Below the pieces are notes generated by a model. The model searched no databases. It was not told where the DNA came from and saw only the letters and a program-made list of their open reading frames with translations. A stretch of DNA of 32,000 nt from an uncultured Erysipelotrichaceae bacterium (lineage in GTDB: Bacteria; Bacillota_I; Bacilli_A; Erysipelotrichales; Erysipelotrichaceae): the NCBI GenBank assembly GCA_942493105.1, contig OW818668.1:1800001-1832000 (forward strand), given 5' to 3'. The position numbers and the translations under genes are program-made. The first letter of the stretch is position 1. Every line of letters begins with the position of its first letter. Below are positions 16,971-24,513 of this stretch, one piece after another.

Positions 16971-18053
16971 TTAGTATAGATATGAGGCAATTTTTCCTAG
17001 TCTTTGATGAGACTTTAGTTTAATGACCAAAACCGCAAAACCAAAGGACATAAGAAAGACAAACACGAAACGATAGACACTTTGCAAGGCATCAAAACCT
17101 GGACCCAAATAAGGTAGGATCCAGTCAAATACGAGTATGAATAATGGATGAATAAAGAAAATGATCACGCTTGAATCGCGTAGGAACCGATAATTCCATT
17201 TAAATTTCAAATCGACTCCCAATGTTAGTTGGAAACTAAAGTAAGTTACAGGGATGATACTGAGCATTACGTTGTAGTCGCGAGGACTTGAGAAGTTTCT
17301 TAAGGCAAATACTTCGCAAGCCAATACTGCAATCGACAGGATCATGTATAAGGCAGCCTTCGATGGTTTAAACTTAAGTTCACGTTGACTCATATAAGCA
17401 CCAAGAATCACAAATAACATCGCAGACATCAACCCATTACGTGTTGTATAGAATAAAATAAAGAGCATTTTGTAAAAATCAGAAATGATGGGTATATCTT
17501 TAACAAACCCATAATAGGCATCTCCAAACATTCCGATGACATAAAAACCACAAGCAATTAAGAATAATCTCTTGAACCCTATTCTTTCTGCCAACACATG
17601 AATGACTGTGATTGAAAATAACAGAGCTGGAAAGAACCAGAGTTGATAATAGGTCCCATATACGATACCAAAATAGATATATAAGGGTATAAATAAAATG
17701 ACAGGAACATTCTCCAATAAATAGAATCGATTGACAACATCAAAAAGATAAATCAAACTCCAAACCATATACACCTGAAGCATTCTTTTCATGTATTTAT
17801 AATAATATTCGTTGATGGTAAACTTACCGATTTTGATGGTTTGTGTTCCCCGTTTATAATAGAAAAAATAGCCGGATATCGCAAAAAATAAAGGGACAAC
17901 CGTTCTAGAGAATACATTATAAAGAATAAAGCTAGGCATGAATCCAAATGATCTTAACGCAAAAGTGTGCGCAGCCACCACAAATATCGACAAAATAAAC
18001 TTAGCCACATCGACTCCATTCAAATGTTTATGTACAATGCTGCTTCTTTCCAT
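16971..18053 (-). CDS. Acyltransferase family 3 membrane protein
   Basis: 360 aa with about 10 TM helices. The N-terminal ..LNGVDVAKFILSIFVVAAH.. matches the acyltransferase-3 pattern. Confidence 0.65.
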   Translation of the reverse strand: MERSSIVHKHLNGVDVAKFILSIFVVAAHTFALRSFGFMPSFILYNVFSRTVVPLFFAISGYFFYYKRGTQTIKIGKFTINEYYYKYMKRMLQVYMVWSLIYLFDVVNRFYLLENVPVILFIPLYIYFGIVYGTYYQLWFFPALLFSITVIHVLAERIGFKRLFLIACGFYVIGMFGDAYYGFVKDIPIISDFYKMLFILFYTTRNGLMSAMLFVILGAYMSQRELKFKPSKAALYMILSIAVLACEVFALRNFSSPRDYNVMLSIIPVTYFSFQLTLGVDLKFKWNYRFLRDSSVIIFFIHPLFILVFDWILPYLGPGFDALQSVYRFVFVFLMSFGFAVLVIKLKSHQRLGKIASYLY

Positions 18054-18163
18054 TTTATCTTTTCAATCAAGTGTCTGATATCAAAAATAGTTTAAGTGAA
18101 AAAACGATATTTGTATACTTATTTCGCTGTTAAAATGATCTCATCATCAAATTTCGCCTGTTT

Positions 18164-18191
18164 TTCACATAAGGGGGAAGTATGTTAAAAT
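18164..18191 (+). promoter_or_regulatory. Sigma-A type promoter (extended -10) for the gamma-CA-like gene
   Basis: -35 TTCACA (18164-18169), 16-nt spacer ending in TGT, -10 TAAAAT (18186-18191). ATG lies 35 nt downstream. Confidence 0.5.
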
Positions 18192-18225
18192 AGGATTGTT
18201 CATTTTAATGAACTTTGAGGAAATC

Positions 18226-18741
18226 ATGATCCAATCGTACAAAGGAAAATCTCCTGTCTTAGGAAAGAATGTCTATATCGCACCTACCGCAACCGTTATC
18301 GGTGATGTCATTCTACATGATGATGTTTCTGTATGGCCTTCAGCTGTTATCCGTGGTGATATGAATCGAATAGAGATCGGCAAAGGAACCAATGTTCAAG
18401 ATGGTGCCGTGATCCATGTCGATGTGGATTCTCCTGTCATCATTGGATCTTTGGTAACCATTGGTCACTTGGCTCATGTACACGGGGCAAATGTTGAAGA
18501 TGAGGTACTGATTGGCAGTGCATCCATCATTTTAGATCATGCCTTGATCAAACGTCATGCTATGGTTGCAGCAGGAGCTTTGGTTACACCAAACAAAATC
18601 ATTGAGTCCAATACTTTGGTTGCTGGAATACCAGCCATAATCAAACGATTGGTCAATGATGATGAAATTCAACACATCTTAAACAATGCTCAAACTTACA
18701 TTGAGATGAAAGACGAATATTTAAAATCGAGTTCAAAGTAA
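18226..18741 (+). CDS. Gamma-carbonic anhydrase family / hexapeptide-repeat (LbH) protein
   Basis: Left-handed beta-helix repeats and the GHLAHVHG His motif (YrdA/PaaY-like). Start set to ATG 18226 after GAGGAA. Confidence 0.8.
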   Translation: MIQSYKGKSPVLGKNVYIAPTATVIGDVILHDDVSVWPSAVIRGDMNRIEIGKGTNVQDGAVIHVDVDSPVIIGSLVTIGHLAHVHGANVEDEVLIGSASIILDHALIKRHAMVAAGALVTPNKIIESNTLVAGIPAIIKRLVNDDEIQHILNNAQTYIEMKDEYLKSSSK

Positions 18742-18750
18742 AAGACCAAT

Positions 18751-18786
18751 TGTACTGACCCCCTAAAAGTGGACAGTTAAAAAAAG
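18751..18786. repeat. IS terminal inverted repeat (orfB-proximal end)
   Basis: TGTACTGACCCCCTAAAAGTGGACAGTTAAAAAAAG is the exact reverse complement of 20011-20046. Confidence 0.9.
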
Positions 18787-18804
18787 TCTTAAAGAGATGA
18801 TAAT

Positions 18805-19617
18805 CTAGTCATCTCTTTTTCTTTGAATGCATTTTGGAGTCATCCAATTTAGTCCTTTCTGACGTCGTTTATTGTTGTAACGGTAAATGAATTTGTGGAT
18901 TTCTTCTATAAGTTGTTTATCGTCGTCAATTCGAATATGATGATTATAGACAAGTTCAGACTTCAAAATGCTGTGGAAGCTTTCAATCGGTGCGTTGTCC
19001 GTCGGCTTACCCCTTCGAGACATACTCTGAATGAAATTGGACTGAGCGAGTCTGTCTTGTATCTCGCGATTGAAGTACGGCGTTCCCTGGTCGGAATGTA
19101 TGAATGTTCCGTATTCAATCGCTTTTTCTATAACTTGATTGATGGTATCTTTTACGAGCTCAGTGGTCGGATGATAAGCGATCGAGTATGCTTCGATCAT
19201 CTTGGTATACATATCTTTGATGGAAGATAGATAGACTCGTTTTGTTCCAATCCTGAATTCTGTGATGTCAGTATAGAGTTTATCGAAGGGAACTGAACAC
19301 GTATGATTTCCGCGAATGATGTTATTCTTTTCTTCGCCGTCGTATTTTTGAGTATGCTTACCTGCTTTATGATGTCGTTTTACCACCGATAAAAGGTCAT
19401 ATTTTCTCATAATCCTGAGACAACGCTTGTGATTAATCTTCTGTCCGTCATCCAGACTAATTGTTTTGGCCATTGCCTTAGCGCTTAATGTATATTCATT
19501 TTCTTCCTGTCTGAATCTAATCAAACCCGATATTGCTAAATCGTCATAGCTGAATGCCGATGGTCTTGCGATCCATTTGTAGTATCCGGATCTGCTGACT
19601 TTACAGTACGCACACAT
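18805..19617 (-). CDS. IS3-family transposase OrfB (DDE/rve integrase core)
   Basis: Catalytic triad context LYTDITEF, IHSDQGTPY and GKPTDNAPIESFHSILKSE. The frame stays open upstream to 19713 with no SD-linked start, as expected for expression through an OrfAB frameshift. Confidence 0.9.
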   Translation of the reverse strand: MCAYCKVSRSGYYKWIARPSAFSYDDLAISGLIRFRQEENEYTLSAKAMAKTISLDDGQKINHKRCLRIMRKYDLLSVVKRHHKAGKHTQKYDGEEKNNIIRGNHTCSVPFDKLYTDITEFRIGTKRVYLSSIKDMYTKMIEAYSIAYHPTTELVKDTINQVIEKAIEYGTFIHSDQGTPYFNREIQDRLAQSNFIQSMSRRGKPTDNAPIESFHSILKSELVYNHHIRIDDDKQLIEEIHKFIYRYNNKRRQKGLNWMTPKCIQRKRDD

Positions 19618-19673
19618 ACGGCTGATTCGATATTTTTTCCGTAGTGAATGAATCGCTGTAAAGATTATCTCTT

Positions 19674-19707
19674 TATCAACTTCTTTCTCAAGGTTGATAC
19701 TTTTTTT
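19674..19707 (-). promoter_or_regulatory. Programmed -1 ribosomal frameshift signal (slippery A AAA AAA plus stem-loop)
   Basis: A7 heptamer at 19707-19701 within ..DLLKK.. A 7-bp stem TATCAAC/GTTGATA (19699-19693 / 19680-19674) begins 1 nt downstream. Confidence 0.65.
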
Positions 19708-19713
19708 AAGAGG

Positions 19714-19971
19714 TCACGCTCCATTTTTACCTGCTCTAACTCTTCTTCTACTGAGCCGAAAATTGCGTTTTTTGGCTGACCTTTTTCTTCCCCGTGTTTC
19801 TTTGGTGAGTTCCTCAATACCGCCGTGTTGGTACTTTTTTATCCATCGTTGAATTACACCTTTATACACACCTAATTCTCTAGACAATTTTAAAATTGAT
19901 TCATGCTCGTCAATAAATCTAAGTACTGTCCTAATTTTCACTTCGATTGGCTGAGGGTGTTGTTTAACCAT
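19714..19971 (-). CDS. IS3-family transposase OrfA, HTH segment (reading frame disrupted relative to the coiled-coil segment)
   Basis: HTH region ..LKLSRELGVYKGVIQRWIKKYQHGGIEEL..RGRKR. The ORF ends at TGA 19716-19714 in the same frame as orfB. The expected leucine-zipper tail lies in another frame. Confidence 0.8.
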   Translation of the reverse strand: MVKQHPQPIEVKIRTVLRFIDEHESILKLSRELGVYKGVIQRWIKKYQHGGIEELTKETRGRKRSAKKRNFRLSRRRVRAGKNGA

Positions 19972-20010
19972 TAAAAAACCTCCTTATACTATTCAGTATA
20001 ACGAGGTTGT

Positions 20011-20046
20011 CTTTTTTTAACTGTCCACTTTTAGGGGGTCAGTACA
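20011..20046. repeat. IS terminal inverted repeat (orfA-proximal end)
   Basis: Exact reverse complement of 18751-18786 (36/36). Confidence 0.9.
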
Positions 20047-20055
20047 ATTGGTCTT

Positions 20056-20547
20056 TTATTCTTCATCAATATGCTTTTGTTTATGAATAAACAGATTTCT
20101 TTTAAAATACAGGAGCATCATTGCTGAACTAAATAGCATAAGGAACAAAACAAACTTCATGGATGAGATCGTGTGAATCCTAGTTTCACCTTGTCTAGTA
20201 ATAATGATTTCAATGGCATGGATATCCATTTCACCACCATGTTCAATGCAAGATCTCTCAAAGATACCAGTGATCAAAACTGTATCCCCTGTATGACCAT
20301 AATCTCCAAAGGTTTGAAGTGATGTTGTTTGTTCAAGCGTTAAATAAACACCGATAGCATTGGTTCCATCATTGACATTGATCCATGCCATATCCCCTCT
20401 TTCTAAGACCTCACCAATTACTTCAGCTTCGATCACCACGGTTTGATGATCCAGTGAAAGGCTTTCATTGACCAGATCATTGATCTTAGAGACTTGAGTT
20501 TGATTAAATGTGATGGATATCAAAACGCCTAATAATGTCTTAACCAT
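20056..20547 (-). CDS. OB-fold (BOF/YgiW- or tRNA_anti-like) protein with hydrophobic N-terminus and C-terminal TM anchor
   Basis: 163 aa. AAGGAG lies 8 nt upstream of ATG 20547. The start overlaps the trkH 3' end by 19 nt. The pattern VVIEAEVIGEV..WINVNDGTNAIGVY..GDTVLITG is typical of small OB folds. C-terminal helix FVLFLMLFSSAMMLLYF. Confidence 0.5.
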   Translation of the reverse strand: MVKTLLGVLISITFNQTQVSKINDLVNESLSLDHQTVVIEAEVIGEVLERGDMAWINVNDGTNAIGVYLTLEQTTSLQTFGDYGHTGDTVLITGIFERSCIEHGGEMDIHAIEIIITRQGETRIHTISSMKFVLFLMLFSSAMMLLYFKRNLFIHKQKHIDEE

Positions 20548-22049
20548 TGTTTTGCTCCTTTAAACATCAAACCGATCAATGCAAAGACTGAAATGAATTC
20601 TAATCTTCCAAGATACATGGCAATCATGTAATACCATTTTAATAAAGCAGGCATCGAAGGTGTTATGATGCCAATCGACAATCCAACATTTCCAGATACA
20701 GATGCCACTTCAAAAGCTGAATCCATCAAAGGATATCCATAAGCAGTTGTTAGGATGACCCCTAAGGTAAACATAAGGATATACAACATTGCAACGACTG
20801 ATGTTGAACGAAAAACCGCATCATCCAAAACAAGGTCTTTTATATGATGATACTTAACAACCTTGACTTGATTCTCGCCACTGATCAATTTTTTGATGTC
20901 CGCAATGATGCCTTTAAATATGATTCCAACTCTTAAACCTTTGATACCACCTGCAGTTGAACATGCAGATCCACCAATCAGCATGGCGATGACCATAACA
21001 GTGATGCCCAATCCTCCCCACTCTAAAGCAAACTGACGGGCAAAAATAGAACCAAAACCAGTCGTTGTATGAGCTGACATCAGATTATAGACAACTCTTC
21101 TAAATAATCCGATGGCATCAGTATAAACACCTGTGTTTTTTAGTGTTAAAACAGCCAATGCTGATAACAATAAAGAAGTTATCGTGAAACTAATGATTTC
21201 TATGTTCTTATAGAATTCTTTGCGTTTACCTTGAATCAGTGCAAAATGTAACCCAAAGTTAAAGGAACCAATGATGAAAAACAACATTGATATGAGTTCA
21301 AATCCAAAATCATGATAATACATGACATTTTGCAAATTTGGGGCAAATCCTCCAGTACTCCATGCTGCTTCAAAAATATACAATCCATGAAAGAAAGCAG
21401 GCAGTGGACTTAGTCCAAGCGACATCGCAGATATCCACAACATCAAGGTTCCTATCGCCAAATACACCAAACTTATTTTCCATATCCATTGGGTAGTTCC
21501 TTTAATGTTGGGCACAAGGGATATATCCTTGCCTTCACCCACATAAAACTTATATGCACTTCCCATTTCTCTGACAAAGAAACTCAAAGCAAGAACGATC
21601 ATACCTTGTCCACCAACAAAAGTTAAGAGATGTCTCCAAAAGTTAAGGGCTTGTGAGATATGATCAAGATCTTGTAGCAAATAAACACCCGTAGTTGTAA
21701 AACCACTCATGACATCAAAGCAAGCATCAAGCAGTGACCCCATATGCCCACTTAAGGTGTAAGGTATGGATGCAAGGAGCGTTAAGACGATCCAGCTTAA
21801 TGAAGCAACGGCAACCCCATGACGAAGAGAAATTCCCGAGTTTTTCTGGTGAGCATCTTGTCCATAATTCATCAAAAGAAGACCACTAAGAATTGATACA
21901 CTTAAAGTCATCCCAAAATCCAGTATAGAATTGTAATCTAGATAAAGTAAAGCTACCAATATGGGCAATAAAGTGAGTACACTAAAACCCATGACCATAT
22001 AACCTGTATAGTAGCTTATGATTTTTAATCCTTCAAACTGTGTTTTCAT
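20529..22049 (-). CDS. trkH: TrkH/KtrB-family K+ transporter membrane subunit
   Basis: 506 aa polytopic protein with repeated pore-loop-like segments (..SGFTTTGV.., ..AWSTGGF.., ..AHTTTGFG.., ..VSGNVGLS..) characteristic of the Trk/Ktr/HKT superfamily. Confidence 0.85.
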   Translation of the reverse strand: MKTQFEGLKIISYYTGYMVMGFSVLTLLPILVALLYLDYNSILDFGMTLSVSILSGLLLMNYGQDAHQKNSGISLRHGVAVASLSWIVLTLLASIPYTLSGHMGSLLDACFDVMSGFTTTGVYLLQDLDHISQALNFWRHLLTFVGGQGMIVLALSFFVREMGSAYKFYVGEGKDISLVPNIKGTTQWIWKISLVYLAIGTLMLWISAMSLGLSPLPAFFHGLYIFEAAWSTGGFAPNLQNVMYYHDFGFELISMLFFIIGSFNFGLHFALIQGKRKEFYKNIEIISFTITSLLLSALAVLTLKNTGVYTDAIGLFRRVVYNLMSAHTTTGFGSIFARQFALEWGGLGITVMVIAMLIGGSACSTAGGIKGLRVGIIFKGIIADIKKLISGENQVKVVKYHHIKDLVLDDAVFRSTSVVAMLYILMFTLGVILTTAYGYPLMDSAFEVASVSGNVGLSIGIITPSMPALLKWYYMIAMYLGRLEFISVFALIGLMFKGAKQWLRHY

Positions 22050-22141
22050 AGCAACATGACCAAACTCATGATCAAACCGCTAATCGCAATAAAACCAACG
22101 ACATAAAGTATTTCTATTCCATAACCTTGAATTTGTTTCAT
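22046..22141 (-). CDS. Unannotated 31-aa hydrophobic micropeptide between trkA and trkH
   Basis: MKQIQGYGIEILYVVGFIAISGLIMSLVMLL. GGGAG lies 5 nt upstream of ATG 22141. ATGA overlap with the trkA stop (22138-22141) and ATGA overlap with the trkH start (22046-22049). One predicted TM helix. Confidence 0.55.
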   Translation of the reverse strand: MKQIQGYGIEILYVVGFIAISGLIMSLVMLL

Positions 22142-22788
22142 AAGGACTCCCTAAGTTGTTCAATTGTAGAACGATCTCCAACAACCATGACAATATCTTT
22201 ATCCAGTATTTGAGTATCCCCTTTAGGATAAACGATCTCATCTTGTCTAATGATTGAAATCAATACCAAATCATCGGGGATTTTTAAATTACGAATCAAC
22301 TTATTGATCCAAGCATGTTTTAATTCAACGATTACCTCGGCTAAAACCATAGTTCCGTTCTCAAAGCTTTGAACGATCTTGACCTTATCCCGTGTCATTT
22401 CAAGATTAATCAAATTGGCAATCACTTCTGTTGAACAAACGGTCTTATCTACACCCAAAGCTTTAAACATCTTGATGTTTTTAGGATTGTTGATGCGCGC
22501 TATTGTTTTACTTTTTCCGAAACTCACTTTAACAATTTGACAGATGACTAAATTCTCTTCGTCACTGCCAGTTACAGCAGCTACGATTTCGCAGTTTTGA
22601 ATTCCTGCATCCCTTAAAATTTGGATATTAGAACCATCACCACACAAAACCTCAATATTTAATTCTTTTGAGATCAAACCAGCTCTTTCACGATCTTTTT
22701 CAATCAAGGTAACTTTAGTTCCATGATCTAAAAGAGTTTTAACTAAGAAATAGCCAACTTTTCCTCCACCAATAACCAAAGCTTTCAT
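22138..22788 (-). CDS. trkA: TrkA/KtrA-type RCK regulatory subunit (intact nucleotide-binding motif)
   Basis: 216 aa. MKALVIGGGKVGYFL..LIEKD Rossmann motif plus a TrkA-C-like C-terminal domain. RBS AGGAG. Confidence 0.85.
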   Translation of the reverse strand: MKALVIGGGKVGYFLVKTLLDHGTKVTLIEKDRERAGLISKELNIEVLCGDGSNIQILRDAGIQNCEIVAAVTGSDEENLVICQIVKVSFGKSKTIARINNPKNIKMFKALGVDKTVCSTEVIANLINLEMTRDKVKIVQSFENGTMVLAEVIVELKHAWINKLIRNLKIPDDLVLISIIRQDEIVYPKGDTQILDKDIVMVVGDRSTIEQLRESL

Positions 22789-22789
22789 G

Positions 22790-23437
22790 TTAATTCTCCT
22801 GGACTAGAAGGTCCATTAGGGCCTTACGATCACGTATATGATGGCTACATACCACCAAATCACCTTGTTCTAGGATCGTATCGCGAGTTACAAGTGTGGT
22901 AACACCTTTATGAATGATCACGGATACAATCGTATTGGCAAGCTCATAGACCTCATGAACAGATATCGGTAAATCACGTTTGATTTGAATCCTAGTAATC
23001 TCTATGCCTGAACTGACCAAAACCAATTGTTCTACTTTGGTAATGTCCATTTTACACAATAAAGCGTTGACGCCCATCTTGATGGTACTGAATGATTCAA
23101 TCCCCAGAAGTTCATAGATGTTCCTGCGATCAGGGTCCAAGACTTGGGCAATAACTCTTTTTACTTTAAAAATATGAGATGATACTAAACTAACCGTAAT
23201 GTTTAGATTATCATCATCCGTTAAAGCTAAAACCACATCGGCTTGATTGATTCCAGCTTCAATAAGATTATCTTGATCAAACTCAATGCCTTTGATCATC
23301 AGACCATTAAATCCATAACCTAGAGCTTCTAGTTTTCTCTCATCACGTTCTATGACCGCTACGTTATGATTCAAATTGGCTAATTCTTTGGCGATGCGCG
23401 CACTTAAAACCTCGCATCCGACAACAATGATGTACAT
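22790..23437 (-). CDS. trkA: TrkA/KtrA-type RCK regulatory subunit paralog (degenerate Gly-rich loop)
   Basis: 215 aa with the same TrkA-N/TrkA-C architecture. The GxGxxG position reads VVGCEVLS. Confidence 0.8.
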   Translation of the reverse strand: MYIIVVGCEVLSARIAKELANLNHNVAVIERDERKLEALGYGFNGLMIKGIEFDQDNLIEAGINQADVVLALTDDDNLNITVSLVSSHIFKVKRVIAQVLDPDRRNIYELLGIESFSTIKMGVNALLCKMDITKVEQLVLVSSGIEITRIQIKRDLPISVHEVYELANTIVSVIIHKGVTTLVTRDTILEQGDLVVCSHHIRDRKALMDLLVQEN

Positions 23438-23445
23438 ATGTGTTC

Positions 23446-23718
23446 CTACTCGAAGTGGATGGGATCTCTAGAACCATCACCTAAACGATATAAATTATAG
23501 AGTACAGCTTTGTTTGTTCCATCCAGGGCTAAAGCAGCACGATAATGGCGCATTGCTTCTGCCTTATCGTATTGAAGCTCACATATGATCCCAAGAAATA
23601 AATGCGGTAACGCATTGTTGGAATCACTTCTAAATAGATCACTGATCATCGCTATTGCTTCTTGATATTTACTCGTTTTAATATCTATGATGATATTCTC
23701 TATCAATTGATTTGTCAT
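23446..23718 (-). CDS. Small TPR-like repeat protein
   Basis: 90 aa. The helical repeat pattern ..YQEAIAMISDLF..LFLGIICELQYDKAEAMRHYRAALALDG.. is TPR-like. RBS GAGGTGA. Confidence 0.5.
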   Translation of the reverse strand: MTNQLIENIIIDIKTSKYQEAIAMISDLFRSDSNNALPHLFLGIICELQYDKAEAMRHYRAALALDGTNKAVLYNLYRLGDGSRDPIHFE

Positions 23719-23739
23719 ACTTTCACCTCTTCACAAGTA

Positions 23740-23765
23740 TAAAAAATACCGTATAAAAACGGTAT
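23740..23765 (-). terminator. Rho-independent terminator after kdpE
   Basis: Stem ATACCGT/ACGGTAT with a 6-nt loop, followed on the minus strand by TTTTTTA. Confidence 0.6.
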
Positions 23766-23829
23766 GAAGAACTGAGTTATAGAATAAAGATGGTATAAAA
23801 ACAGAGATAATTAATCTAAATTCTGTGGC

Positions 23830-24513
23830 TTAACCTTCTATAAAGCGATATCCAATCCCAATTTCAGTAAGGATATAGGATGGTTGAGCAGGGTCCTTCT
23901 CAATCTTGCGACGTAAATTTGCCATTGTGACACGTAAAGTCTGAATATCAGATTCCATTGAACCATCACCCCATACTTGTCTTACTAAATTATAATGAGT
24001 CATTACTTTCCCATGGTTTTTGGTCAACAAGCTTAACACTTCAAATTCAATAGGACTTAAATGTACTTCCTGATCATCTACGGTACATAAGTGCTTATCA
24101 AAATCGATCATAAGACCTTTTATGGTAATAAGTTGATGATCGTCTATGACTTGCATAGGACGATGTCTTAAACCCACACGTATACGCGCTAAGAGTTCTT
24201 GGGCACTAAAAGGTTTTGTGAGATAATCATCAGCACCACTATCCAAAGCACGAATTTTGTCGTTATCCTTGTCTCTTGCACTGACAACGATAATGGCACT
24301 TTTTACATGAGGTCGAATTTGATCCAATACTTCTAGTCCATCCAAGTCAGGTAAACCTAAATCTAAAATGATAATTTCAGGTTGATGACTTAAAGATAAA
24401 GTAATTCCCTGTTTAGCATCACAGGCCTCAATGACTTCATAATCTTGTGCATTCAATAAAACACGCATAAAACTTCTCAAAGAAGCATCATCTTCTATGA
24501 TTACAATCTTCAT
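23830..24513 (-). CDS. kdpE: OmpR-family response regulator, KdpE-like
   Basis: IILDLGLPDLDG..VVSARDKDNDKIRALDSGADDYLTKPF..ELLARIRVGLRH closely parallels E. coli KdpE, with a winged-helix C-terminus. ATGA overlap with the kinase gene. Confidence 0.85.
   Translation of the reverse strand: MKIVIIEDDASLRSFMRVLLNAQDYEVIEACDAKQGITLSLSHQPEIIILDLGLPDLDGLEVLDQIRPHVKSAIIVVSARDKDNDKIRALDSGADDYLTKPFSAQELLARIRVGLRHRPMQVIDDHQLITIKGLMIDFDKHLCTVDDQEVHLSPIEFEVLSLLTKNHGKVMTHYNLVRQVWGDGSMESDIQTLRVTMANLRRKIEKDPAQPSYILTEIGIGYRFIEG

Larger units (their letters stand above)
18751..20046 (-). mobile_element. IS3-family insertion sequence (about 1.3 kb; orfA/orfB with -1 frameshift signal)
   Basis: TG..CA termini, perfect 36-bp terminal inverted repeats, HTH orfA, DDE (rve) orfB, and an A7 slippery site with a downstream stem-loop. 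Boundaries are ambiguous by 1-2 nt because the junction is palindromic. Confidence 0.9.

Noticed and set aside
19714-19716. In-frame TGA between IS orfA and orfB read as Trp (Mycoplasma-type genetic code 4) or as programmed readthrough.
   Set aside because: The long genes across the window are intact under the standard code and Trp is encoded by TGG. TGA serves as the stop at several tightly coupled junctions (5908, 6561, 22046, 22138, 24510). The conserved zipper and slippery-site segment lies in a different frame, which a frameshift explains better.
23719-23829. c-di-AMP (ydaO/kimA-type) or other riboswitch upstream of the TPR/trk genes.
   Set aside because: The gap is only 112 nt and AT-rich. 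It holds a single simple hairpin and none of the conserved ydaO elements.
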